A stretch of DNA of 61,559 nt, filler included. It is 9 parts of 9 records of this genome, joined end to end, with 100 filler letters (N's around TTAATTAATTAA, not from the genome) between each part and the next. Parts side by side here need not be neighbours in the genome. Positions count along the whole stretch, not along the records: positions 5,919 to 15,117 come from SRR31156797_85798; positions 15,218 to 23,471 come from SRR31156797_85845; 7 more parts are not named here. One strand, given 5' to 3'. A model generated the notes under the pieces. That model searched no databases, was not told where the DNA came from, and worked only from the letters and a program-made list of their open reading frames with translations. Of the stretch, positions 9,507-18,358 are shown piece after piece (position 1 is the first letter of the stretch; each line of letters opens with the position of its first letter). A program made the position numbers and the translations under genes.

Positions 9507-10945
9507 TGGTAACAATGAAGAATGTATCCTACACCTATCCCCATAGTGAAAAAACCGTCCTTTCCGGATTGAATTATGCCATCGCTCCGGGCGATGTTGT
9601 CCTCGTCACCGGTGCCAGCGGATGCGGGAAATCCACTTTCATGCGCTGCATCAACGGTCTTGTGCCCCACTTCTTTCAGGGGGATCTGCAGGGCGGGGTA
9701 AGCATCGGCGACGTGGATACCAGGGAAGAGAGCATTCCTGAAATCGCCAACAGGGTGGGATCCCTCTTTCAGGATCCGGAACAACAGTTTTTCACACTCG
9801 ATGTGGAAAGCGAGATCGCCTTCGGGCATGAGCAAAGAGGGGTAAAGGCTGAGAGCATCAACGCGGTGATTACCTGCATGGCCGAGCGGCTGGGCATATC
9901 CCACGTGCTAAGATCCTCCCTCTTCACGCTTTCCGAAGGAGAGAAGCAAAAGACTGCTCTGGCTTCGACTCTCTCCATGAAACCGAAGGCGATCCTTCTG
10001 GATGAACCGACGGCCAATCTGGATCACGATTCGACTCTTCATCTGGCACAGTTCGTCAGGGAGTTAAAGGAAGAAGGGATCACGATCATCATCGTGGATC
10101 ACCGCCTTTACTGGCTGGACGGGATCGCTGACGCGACCCTGATCATGAAAGAGGGGAGGATCGTCAGGCAGTGCGCCTTCGAAGAGTTGTATGATGAGGA
10201 GCTGAGAGCCGAGTTCGGGCTGAGGAGCCCGGATGTCCGGGGCCTGTACAAAGAGATCGAAGGGATTCCCTCTACGGACACATGGACGGGAGATGCCGTG
10301 ACGGTCTCGGATCTGACATTCGCTTACAAGGGCAAGGACCTGCTTTTCGAGAATGATAATTTCAGATTTCCCATGGGGAAGGTCAGCTCCGTCATCGGGC
10401 ATAACGGCTGCGGCAAAACCACGCTGGCCCGGCTTCTGACAGGTTTGAGCAAGCTCAAATCGGGAAGTATCTGTGTCGCCGGCGAGAACCTCAGTACGAA
10501 AAAACTGTGTAAAAGAGCGGGCCTGGTCTTTCAGAATTCGGATCACCAGCTCTTCATGAGCACCGTCCTGGAAGAGATGGAAACGGCGGGCCTGAGGCTC
10601 AGCCGGAAAGAACGCAGGGAGAGGGCGGTCGATCTGCTGACCCACTTCAACCTGAAGGACTACCTCCGTGCCCATCCCCAATCCCTTTCGGGAGGGCAGA
10701 AGCAGCGCCTGGTCATTGCCTGCGCTCTGATGAAGGAACCGGATATCCTGATCCTTGACGAGCCTACGAGCGGGCTGGACGGGAAAAATATGTCCGTAAT
10801 AGCCCATACCCTTGAGAAGATCGCAGAACGGGGAAGCTGCGTGATCCTGATAACCCACGATCTGGAACTCATCGCAAGCGCGAGTGATTATATTTTGAAC
10901 CTGGGAGGCTCCCGGAAGGAGGCTTCTGCCGAAAAGGAAGAATAG
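9506..10945 (+). CDS. ECF/ABC ATPase with two nucleotide-binding domains
   Basis: Walker A GASGCGKS and GHNGCGKT, FQDPEQQF Q-loop, LSEGEKQ/LSGGQKQ signatures, two LDEPT motifs. Confidence 0.92.
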   Translation: MVTMKNVSYTYPHSEKTVLSGLNYAIAPGDVVLVTGASGCGKSTFMRCINGLVPHFFQGDLQGGVSIGDVDTREESIPEIANRVGSLFQDPEQQFFTLDVESEIAFGHEQRGVKAESINAVITCMAERLGISHVLRSSLFTLSEGEKQKTALASTLSMKPKAILLDEPTANLDHDSTLHLAQFVRELKEEGITIIIVDHRLYWLDGIADATLIMKEGRIVRQCAFEELYDEELRAEFGLRSPDVRGLYKEIEGIPSTDTWTGDAVTVSDLTFAYKGKDLLFENDNFRFPMGKVSSVIGHNGCGKTTLARLLTGLSKLKSGSICVAGENLSTKKLCKRAGLVFQNSDHQLFMSTVLEEMETAGLRLSRKERRERAVDLLTHFNLKDYLRAHPQSLSGGQKQRLVIACALMKEPDILILDEPTSGLDGKNMSVIAHTLEKIAERGSCVILITHDLELIASASDYILNLGGSRKEASAEKEE

Positions 10946-10946
10946 A

Positions 10947-11966
10947 ATGAAAATAGCCGTTATTTACTCATCCAAGACAGGAAACACGGAAAAAGTGGCC
11001 CGGGCGATTCATAATGCCCTGCCCGAAACCGCAGATCTCATCGCAGCCAAGGATTTTCAGGATGCCCATGATTACGATTTCATCTTTATGGGCTACTGGG
11101 TCGACAAGGGCACAGCTGACCGCGACGCTTTGAAAGTGATGGCTCAGATCACGAATAAGGAGGTGGCCATCTTTGCGACCCTGGGAGCCTATCCGGAATC
11201 TGATCATGCCAGACAAAGCCTTGTGGGGGCTGCCAGTCGCTTCGGAAAAAACACGAAGGTCGTGGCCAGTTATATATGCCAGGGCGCGATTGATCCCAAA
11301 CTCATCGAAATGATGCGGAAAAATCCCGCAGGCTCTCCCCATGGTTCCAGCGAAGAAAGCGAAAAGCGCTGGGCTGCGGCGGCAAGCCGCCCCGATGAGA
11401 AGGACCTGGAGAACGCAGCTGATTTCGCCGTCAAAACGATGGAAACACGGGAGATGTTCGCCCCCTACGAAGAGAAAATGAGGGCCGCTATGAAAGAGAA
11501 ACTGGCACAGGATCAGGGAATGCCGGCCATGACGGCTGTGAAGTACGGCGTTTCTGAAAAAGAAATCTATGAAAACCTTCCGGAAGGATCGGCCACATTT
11601 GTAGACATTTCCCACTTTCGGGATATCTGGGAAGAGATGGCGAGTTGGGAAAAGGTTCAGTTCCTGACCGTTAACTCCGGGATGGTTATGGAAGTTCCCG
11701 GCAAACTCTCTCGGGGAAAAGAGGGGCACGGAATGTTCAATCTTTCCGAAACGGGCGCCCCCGTTCACGGCCATGTGATGGTGGATAACCTGGATTCCCT
11801 GGCCTTCGTCTCCCGCCCTTTCATGGGGCGCGAGAGCCATAACGTAACCTTCTTCGCCAAGGACGGCAGCGTCGCCTTCGCTCTCTATCTCGGCCGGAAT
11901 GAAAAAAGGGAGATCATTCCCGAAGTGAAAGAAGCCTTTTTGAAGCTCAGAGAATCCTTCCAGTAG
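10947..11966 (+). CDS. Flavodoxin (HmuF/FldH-like) fused to a C-terminal ChuX/HutX heme-carrier domain
   Basis: N-terminal YSSKTGNT, GYWVDKG, CQGAIDP...H...PDEKDL flavodoxin; C-terminal GHGMFNL...HGHV...AFVSRPFMGRESH...LYLGR HutX motifs, all in one frame. Confidence 0.85.
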   Translation: MKIAVIYSSKTGNTEKVARAIHNALPETADLIAAKDFQDAHDYDFIFMGYWVDKGTADRDALKVMAQITNKEVAIFATLGAYPESDHARQSLVGAASRFGKNTKVVASYICQGAIDPKLIEMMRKNPAGSPHGSSEESEKRWAAAASRPDEKDLENAADFAVKTMETREMFAPYEEKMRAAMKEKLAQDQGMPAMTAVKYGVSEKEIYENLPEGSATFVDISHFRDIWEEMASWEKVQFLTVNSGMVMEVPGKLSRGKEGHGMFNLSETGAPVHGHVMVDNLDSLAFVSRPFMGRESHNVTFFAKDGSVAFALYLGRNEKREIIPEVKEAFLKLRESFQ

Positions 11967-12366
11967 ATCACTGAGCCGTCACTGCCCTCCGCAAAAAGGA
12001 GGGCCGGCTCTGTTTCCTCCTCACAATCCCTATTCTATTCCCAACGGTTATTCTCTGTGTGGTCTTTGTCCGGCTTCTCCGGGCGTAGACCAGCGAGTGC
12101 CGCTGAGATCCTGATTCCCGCCGGGAGCATATGCCTCATATGCATTTCAACCCATCTCTCTTCCACTGAGAGGCGGGACTTCATCATCACTACGGTCCTT
12201 ATGGATGGAAGCCGAAACATACGATGAAGGCCGCTTGTCAGGATAGGTCGACACCATTTTCCCCCATGAGGGGGAGGCTGATATAACCATATTCCAAGTC
12301 TGTCAAATCTGAGTATCCTATCGATTCCGGAAGCTATAACGGGTTACGGGTTAGGACGGACGCATA

Positions 12367-12393
12367 TAAAAAGCCCCGTTTTGAAACGGGGCT
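12367..12393 (-). terminator. Rho-independent terminator
   Basis: AGCCCCGTTT/AAACGGGGCT stem followed by a T-run on the minus strand, downstream of the lipoprotein gene. Confidence 0.75.
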
Positions 12394-12455
12394 GCGGCTA
12401 TGGCCTAAAATAGTGATAGCCGGTGGCTGACAGGGATCATCCCCGGATCATCAGC

Positions 12456-12896
12456 TTACAGTTCGACCTGAGTGAACTCCACAGCGCTACCCATAATGGT
12501 GTACTCCATGGTAATGCCATCCTCGAGGATGGTGAACACCTTTTCAGTTGCAGTCGCCTCTGTCATCCCCATCGCGGGACAGTACGCCTTGAAGGAAAAA
12601 ATCAGCTTTCCGTTCTCTTCGGTGGTGGTGACCGCTGTCGTATAGACATATGTCATATCACCCATTCCTCCGGATGACTCGTATGTGTCTTCCTTCAGCT
12701 CATAGTTTAACGTACTCTCTTGACCCTGGATTACTGCGCTGCCTGTCCACTGGACACCCATCATATCGTCATATTCTTCAATTGTCTTAGGAAAATCATC
12801 ATCCGAAGAAGATGATCCGTCATCACAGGAAACGAACGCAAGGGAAACCAATATTGCTGATAAAACTAAGAATCTGCTGAAAAAACATTTTTTCAT
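12456..12896 (-). CDS. Lipoprotein, Met-rich, unknown function
   Basis: MKK-hydrophobic-LAFVS|C lipobox followed by a DDGSSSSDD linker; AGGAGAGG RBS; directly downstream of the TonB-dependent receptor. Confidence 0.8.
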   Translation of the reverse strand: MKKCFFSRFLVLSAILVSLAFVSCDDGSSSSDDDFPKTIEEYDDMMGVQWTGSAVIQGQESTLNYELKEDTYESSGGMGDMTYVYTTAVTTTEENGKLIFSFKAYCPAMGMTEATATEKVFTILEDGITMEYTIMGSAVEFTQVEL

Positions 12897-12918
12897 TTTG
12901 CCTCTCCTAAAAAACGTA

Positions 12919-14910
12919 TTAATATTCTATGCGGCCGCCAACCGTTCCGATGACGCCGTCAAAATACCCAAAATAATCTTCCTGATCCATTCCTTCATAA
13001 CTCCCCCCGTCTCCTTCTATGAAGTGGTAGTTGTTCAAAAGGTTTTCTCCGCGGATATATACGGAGAAATGATCTCCAATCTGCTTCTCGGTACCCAGGG
13101 TCAGAAGAAGTTTATCCGGAGATTCAATATCTTCAGAACTCGAGAGAGTTATCGGCGCATCCCATGTGGCCGAACCGAAGATCTTCAGAGCAATGCCGGG
13201 GAATCTGTAGCTGGAATTCAAACGCACTGAATGGGGAACTCTTCCGGTCAGTTCTTCATAGTCGCCGTCATCATAGCTCTTGGCAGCCGTATAGGCGTAG
13301 GAAAGGGAGCCGGAAAAGTTGTTTTGGCTGTAGTGAATACCGGCGTCCCCTCCATAGCTTATGGCCTCCCCGATATTCTCGTAGCTGGTGTCTACGTACC
13401 CGCCGCTGCCGTCGGAATTGGAAGGCGTTTCAATAAGATCGAGTATGTAGTTGTAATAGGCTGCAGCCGAAAAACTGAATCCATTCGGAAATCTCTGTTC
13501 CAGCGAAACATTGACGCCATGAGATTTTTCCGGTTTCAAATCCGGATTCCCATAGATATCGAAGACAGCGGAGCCTCCGCCTGTATGATGAAAAAACCAG
13601 TACTTCTGCTTCAGAGTGGGTATTTTGTACCCCATTCCGTAGGAGATACGGATGGTGGTGTCTTCCGCGGGATCCACTTTCAAGCTTAATTTGGGGGTCA
13701 ATTGGGTCAGTCCCGAATCCTCATCGCCGATGGGGGGAGTAAAGTCAAATCGGAATCCGGGGGTCAGGAGGTAGATATCCCGGGAGCCTATGTTCCAGTC
13801 ATCCTGTGCGAATAAACTGAGGTGAAGGGCCTTTTTCCACTCCTTTTTTCCGAATGATTCCTCGTCTTTCAGCGATTCAAGTTCAGCGTGAGCCCCCGCC
13901 AGCAGGGTATGGGAAATATGGGGGGTCATCTCAATCCGGTATTCCCCCTCAAAACCGGCGTATTCCCTCTCAGAGTGGGACGATCCGCTTTCCAGGTTCA
14001 GGCCGTAATAATTGCCTGTAAAGAAGCCGCTGCCTGACAACCTGTCGGTGATTTCATGCTCTCCCCTGATGCCGCCGTAGACGCGGGGATTGTCATAAGT
14101 GGACTCAGTGGAAGGAACGCCTGACGACGAAAGGCTATTGTATTTACTGATGTACTGATCATAGTTTGCGAAAACGCCCCACTTCCCCTGATCATTAAAG
14201 AAATCAGCCGAGAGTCCCAGAGAGCTCAAAAAGGTAGAAGGGAGTTTGTAGTAATCCTCTTTCTTTCGCCCTCTGTAATAGGACTTTTCCAATCCGTCGT
14301 CATAATCCAGGGACGCCGTCGTTCCTATGCTGTATTTCTCGGTCGTGTAACTGAGGGCACCGGTCGTGAAGGATCTGAGATTCGAGGATAACTCAGAGCT
14401 TAAGCTGGCGCTCAATCTGGGCTCGGAGGGCTTCTCTTTTTTAGTGATTATATTGATGACGCCGCCGATGGCGTCAGAGCCGTATAGGGCAGAACTGGAA
14501 CCTCTGATGATTTCTATTCTCTCTATATTGGCAACGGGAATCTGTCCGGTGGGAAGGGAACCGGCAATTTCTCCGACCAGTTTCACGCCATCCACGAGGA
14601 ATCTGATGTACTCGCCTTCGAATCCCTGCATCATGATGGAACTCACCATCCGTCCGCCTACTGATATGCCGGGGATCTGCTCCAACGCTTCGGAGAGGTT
14701 CGTCGCTCCCGATTCAAGGATCTCTTCCGCCGTTACCACCTCGACTTTCTCACTGGCCTCATCTTTCAGCTCAGGAAACTTGCTTCCCGAAACAATGATA
14801 ACGGCCTCTTCATCCTGGGGGGCCGTTTCCTGTGCCTGTATATTTATAGAAAATGAAAAGAGTATGATCATAACAATCACGAAGTGACTGGATTTTTTTA
14901 ATGGATTCAT
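12919..14910 (-). CDS. TonB-dependent outer membrane receptor (probably heme or iron)
   Basis: Signal peptide; plug motif IERIEIIRGSSSALYGSDAIGGVINIITK; GNPDLKPEKS; ENLLN; terminal aromatic residue. Confidence 0.92.
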   Translation of the reverse strand: MNPLKKSSHFVIVMIILFSFSINIQAQETAPQDEEAVIIVSGSKFPELKDEASEKVEVVTAEEILESGATNLSEALEQIPGISVGGRMVSSIMMQGFEGEYIRFLVDGVKLVGEIAGSLPTGQIPVANIERIEIIRGSSSALYGSDAIGGVINIITKKEKPSEPRLSASLSSELSSNLRSFTTGALSYTTEKYSIGTTASLDYDDGLEKSYYRGRKKEDYYKLPSTFLSSLGLSADFFNDQGKWGVFANYDQYISKYNSLSSSGVPSTESTYDNPRVYGGIRGEHEITDRLSGSGFFTGNYYGLNLESGSSHSEREYAGFEGEYRIEMTPHISHTLLAGAHAELESLKDEESFGKKEWKKALHLSLFAQDDWNIGSRDIYLLTPGFRFDFTPPIGDEDSGLTQLTPKLSLKVDPAEDTTIRISYGMGYKIPTLKQKYWFFHHTGGGSAVFDIYGNPDLKPEKSHGVNVSLEQRFPNGFSFSAAAYYNYILDLIETPSNSDGSGGYVDTSYENIGEAISYGGDAGIHYSQNNFSGSLSYAYTAAKSYDDGDYEELTGRVPHSVRLNSSYRFPGIALKIFGSATWDAPITLSSSEDIESPDKLLLTLGTEKQIGDHFSVYIRGENLLNNYHFIEGDGGSYEGMDQEDYFGYFDGVIGTVGGRIEY

Positions 14911-14924
14911 TTTGTTCCTCTAGT

Positions 14925-14946
14925 AATATTAGCTATATCTAATATT
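14925..14946. promoter_or_regulatory. Palindromic operator candidate (TTAG-N6-CTAA core)
   Basis: AATATTAG-ctatat-CTAATATT immediately upstream of the receptor RBS. Confidence 0.5.
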
Positions 14947-15217
14947 TGGTGCTGCCTTTTCCGCAGTTCAAAACGGTTTCGGGATCGATCTGAAAAAATA
15001 AACCTGATTTGAACCCAAGATCAGGGGTTTAGTAAAATCCTTGTTAGCCTTACCAGAAGTATGGCTGAGTAAGAAAAGTAAGTAAAGCTAACAAGGTTAA
15101 TATGGGTTAACTGTATTNNNNNNNNNNNNNNNNNNNNNNNNNNNNNNNNNNNNNNNNNNNNTTAATTAATTAANNNNNNNNNNNNNNNNNNNNNNNNNNN
15201 NNNNNNNNNNNNNNNNN

Positions 15218-15246
15218 CTTTCTGAAACCTTAAGTTTACAAGTATG
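15218..15246 (-). mobile_element. Terminal inverted repeat of an IS4-family (IS231-like) element or MITE at the contig end
   Basis: Reverse complement CATACTTGTAAACTTAAGGTTTCAGAAAG is identical to 23443-23471; CAT-N7-AACTTAAG pattern as in IS231 ends. Confidence 0.7.
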
Positions 15247-15313
15247 CACTAGGCCTACCCGTATAAGTTCGAATATATTAGATTTATAAAAGTCTCTCTT
15301 TAAACCTAAATTC

Positions 15314-16558
15314 TTATTTCTTTTTTCTTGATTTTGAACTTGATTTTGTATTTGGTTTACTACCATTAAACTTTGCTGGTTTAGTATTGATTCTCTTATT
15401 ATATTTCGGTTTTGGCATATGGTCAGCAACTTGTACATCATCTATATGTTCTAATTCGATTCTAGGGATAGGATTTTTCTGTTTTGCCTCGATAGCTCTT
15501 AAGTATTCACGGTCTTTTTTAGCAGTGAATAATAGAGTTTTTCCCTCTTCACCAGCTCTACCAGTTCTACCTATTCTATGGATATAGGTTTCTACTGATT
15601 CAGGAACATCGTAGTTGAATACATGCGTAACTCCACTGATATCTAGCCCTCTTGATGCTACATCAGTTGCAACTAAGAATTGAATCTCAGTATTTTTGAA
15701 TGACTTCATTATTTGCTCTCTTTTAGATTGAGGTATATCACTATGCAGTTTCTGTGAATTGAAGCCTTTCATATATAGTGCATCTTCTAGTGCATCTACT
15801 CTTCTTTTAGTTCTACAGAATATGATTGCCATAAATGGATTCTCTCTATTTAACATCTGACATAGTGCATCTTGTTTCTGTCTATCTGTAGTTTCGATTA
15901 AAAATTGTTGAATGTTGTCTAATATTACTTCCTCTTTCTCGATAGAGATAATCTGAGGTTCTTTAGTAATTCTATATGCAAGCTTCTTTACTTGTGGACT
16001 GATAGTTGCTGAGAAGCATAATGTTTGTCTTTTTTTATTTGCTGCTGAGATTATAGAATCTATTTCATTTTTGAATCCCATTAATAACATCTGATCAGCT
16101 TCATCTATTACTAAAGTTTTCAGTTGTTTTAGCTGAATTGTTTTTCTTTCGATATGGTCGATTAATCTACCTGGTGTTGCGATGATTATATCAATGTTAT
16201 TTCTAAGTTTATTTAGTTGTTTATTGATATCTGTTCCACCATAGGCAGCTAGGATATTTAATTTTTTCCCTTCGTTTAACTTTTCAGCCTCTTCAGCAAT
16301 TTGAATTGCAAGCTCTCTAGTTGGTGTAAGGATAAGTGCTTGCACTTGTCCGTTATTACCTTTTTTCATATTATCAAATAGAGGTAGTAGGAAGGCTAAA
16401 GTTTTTCCTGTCCCTGTGTCTGCCTCTGCTATGATGTCTAAGCCTTCATTTATTAGCATAATTGCTTCATTTTGTATTGGTGTTGGCTTTTTGATTCCTC
16501 TGGCGTTCAAATTATCAACTAATTTATCACTAACGCCTAATTCTTTAAATTTACTCAT
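15314..16558 (-). CDS. DEAD-box RNA helicase
   Basis: Q motif PTPIQ, TGTGKT, PTRELA, TPGR, DEAD, SAT, HRIGRTGRAG; basic C-terminal tail. Confidence 0.95.
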   Translation of the reverse strand: MSKFKELGVSDKLVDNLNARGIKKPTPIQNEAIMLINEGLDIIAEADTGTGKTLAFLLPLFDNMKKGNNGQVQALILTPTRELAIQIAEEAEKLNEGKKLNILAAYGGTDINKQLNKLRNNIDIIIATPGRLIDHIERKTIQLKQLKTLVIDEADQMLLMGFKNEIDSIISAANKKRQTLCFSATISPQVKKLAYRITKEPQIISIEKEEVILDNIQQFLIETTDRQKQDALCQMLNRENPFMAIIFCRTKRRVDALEDALYMKGFNSQKLHSDIPQSKREQIMKSFKNTEIQFLVATDVASRGLDISGVTHVFNYDVPESVETYIHRIGRTGRAGEEGKTLLFTAKKDREYLRAIEAKQKNPIPRIELEHIDDVQVADHMPKPKYNKRINTKPAKFNGSKPNTKSSSKSRKKK

Positions 16559-16639
16559 TTTTTACCGCTTTCTATTCTTTATTTTATTCTAGCTATTATA
16601 GCATAGTAAACAGATTATTATGTAAATTTTCTCAAATAT

Positions 16640-16671
16640 AAAAAGCGACTCTTGTTAATAAAGAATCGCTT
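16640..16671 (-). terminator. Rho-independent terminator
   Basis: Minus strand AAGCGATTCTT...AAGAGTCGCTTTTT after the stop at 16686. Confidence 0.65.
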
Positions 16672-16685
16672 AGATTATTTAAACT

Positions 16686-17660
16686 CTATTTATCCATATC
16701 AATTAGCACATTTCCAACTTTCTGTGCACTTGCAACATATTCATATGCTTCTTTTATTTTATCAATAGAATAAACTCTATCAATTACAGCTTTAAATTTT
16801 CCTTCAGACATTAATTTGACAGAAAACTCTAAACTCTCTTGTGGATTAAGTGGAATAGGGAACTTAACTTTTTTAGATCCAAACTTTGAAGTAAATAAGC
16901 TCAAAAATACATTTTCACAGTTAGGGCCTAATTCAGATGATATATAAGCGCCACCGGGCTTCAAAATCTTTTTACAGTATGTAAATCTACTTTTACCAAC
17001 TGAATCAAAAACAAAATCAAACTCTTTATTCTGTTTAGTAAAATCTTCTTTTTCATAATCAATTACTTTACTTGCGCCTAATGATCTGAGCAGATCACTA
17101 TGCTCTGACCTGCATGTCGCAGTTATTTCTAATTCGTGGTATTTACATAGTTGAACAAGGGCGGAGCCGATTGAACCTGTACCACCATTTACCATTACTT
17201 TTTGTCCTGAATTTATATTAACTTTATTTAGGAAATTATATGCATAATGAAAACCCTCTATACAGCTGACAGCTTCCTTAATATCAATATTATCCGGTAA
17301 TTTTACCAAAGTTTTGTCCATTGAAACTAGTGTGTACTCAGCTTGTGATTCGATGCCATTATCATCAAACATAATAATTTTATCTCCAACTTTGAAATCA
17401 CTGACTTCTTTTCCAATTGATTCGATCACACCAGATAGATCACTTCCAAGTGTTTTTTTGCTTGGTTTAGTTAATCCGGTCATAAATCTCATAAAAAATG
17501 GTTTAGCATATAACATAGCGCAGTCAGTTCTGTTGACAGTTGCAGCTGAAACTTTTATTAATATTTCATTAGCTTTAGGTACTGGTTTATCTATGTTTCT
17601 AACACTTAAGACATCAGGTGTACCGTATTTTTCATAGTATGCAGCTTTCAATGTACTCAT
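16686..17660 (-). CDS. NAD(P)-dependent MDR-family oxidoreductase (zinc-independent, quinone reductase-like)
   Basis: YGTPDVL, LGSDLSG, NGGTGSIG, VIDY, DFVFDSVG, VIDRVY motifs. Confidence 0.9.
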   Translation of the reverse strand: MSTLKAAYYEKYGTPDVLSVRNIDKPVPKANEILIKVSAATVNRTDCAMLYAKPFFMRFMTGLTKPSKKTLGSDLSGVIESIGKEVSDFKVGDKIIMFDDNGIESQAEYTLVSMDKTLVKLPDNIDIKEAVSCIEGFHYAYNFLNKVNINSGQKVMVNGGTGSIGSALVQLCKYHELEITATCRSEHSDLLRSLGASKVIDYEKEDFTKQNKEFDFVFDSVGKSRFTYCKKILKPGGAYISSELGPNCENVFLSLFTSKFGSKKVKFPIPLNPQESLEFSVKLMSEGKFKAVIDRVYSIDKIKEAYEYVASAQKVGNVLIDMDK

Positions 17661-17693
17661 CTCCTTGATCTTAAACTTTATATTATTATAGCT

Positions 17694-18086
17694 CTATTTT
17701 CCAAGATTTAAAACATAATCATAAATTATTTTACTTTTTTCCTGATCAGTTATCCATTCACCCTCAAGCATTTTACCAGTAAAATCACTTTTTGTAATTT
17801 GGGTAAAAATTGTTGAATTCTCTCTTTGGAATTCAACGGAGTAATAATAGGAGTGAAAAACAATTATAGCTCCGATACCATCATCTAAATATCTATAGTT
17901 GACATTGGATAACTCATTATTTTCTATCGAGTTTAAAAATTCCGTGATAGTTTTTGTATTATCCTGCTTATAACTAAAGTTATTTTGTGCAAATGTATTT
18001 TTGACTAAAAGCTTACCGGCATCTCCAAATAGAGAAAAAATAAAGACATATGTCATAACGAAAACTCTAAAAGAATATTTAATCAT
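17694..18086 (-). CDS. Hypothetical protein with hydrophobic N-terminus
   Basis: 130-aa ORF, GGGGGA RBS, co-oriented with the neighbouring gene. Confidence 0.6.
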   Translation of the reverse strand: MIKYSFRVFVMTYVFIFSLFGDAGKLLVKNTFAQNNFSYKQDNTKTITEFLNSIENNELSNVNYRYLDDGIGAIIVFHSYYYSVEFQRENSTIFTQITKSDFTGKMLEGEWITDQEKSKIIYDYVLNLGK

Positions 18087-18277
18087 GGTTTTTCCCCCTA
18101 ACTTCTTTATAATAGAATTTAAGTTAAAATTTGATTGTATTTATTTTACTATTCCATAAAATTAAGCAATAACCTTCTAATAATTAGATTTTTATAGAAA
18201 AACTTCGAGGAAATTTGGAAAGTTTATTGAATAACTAAAGAGAATTAAAGAATACTTTAATTATATATATGCAAAAA

Positions 18278-18306
18278 TTGACTTGGATATTTTAATATGA
18301 TAATAT
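18278..18306 (+). promoter_or_regulatory. Sigma70-type promoter
   Basis: TTGACT-17 nt-TAATAT with an extended TG, upstream of the AAGGAGGAGAGG RBS of the SBP gene. Confidence 0.55.
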
Positions 18307-18358
18307 TTAAAGGGATGAATGTATGAGAAGGATGGGTCAAAAATAAGGAGGAGAGGTT

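Noticed and set aside
11967-12360. 61-aa ORF 12035..12220 and possible riboswitch/sRNA between the convergent operons
   Set aside because: No recognisable protein or RNA motif; only a short GCCCTCC/GGAGGGC hairpin near 11984-12003.
14947-15117. Possible cobalamin riboswitch upstream of the TonB receptor (BtuB hypothesis)
   Set aside because: No B12-box or GGGAA core seen in the available upstream sequence, and the HutW/HutX context favours heme.
15218-15246. 29-bp repeat containing GTTTC/GAAAC as a possible CRISPR repeat
   Set aside because: Only single copies at contig ends, with no repeat-spacer periodicity and no cas genes. The CAT-N7-AACTTAAG pattern fits an IS4-family end better.
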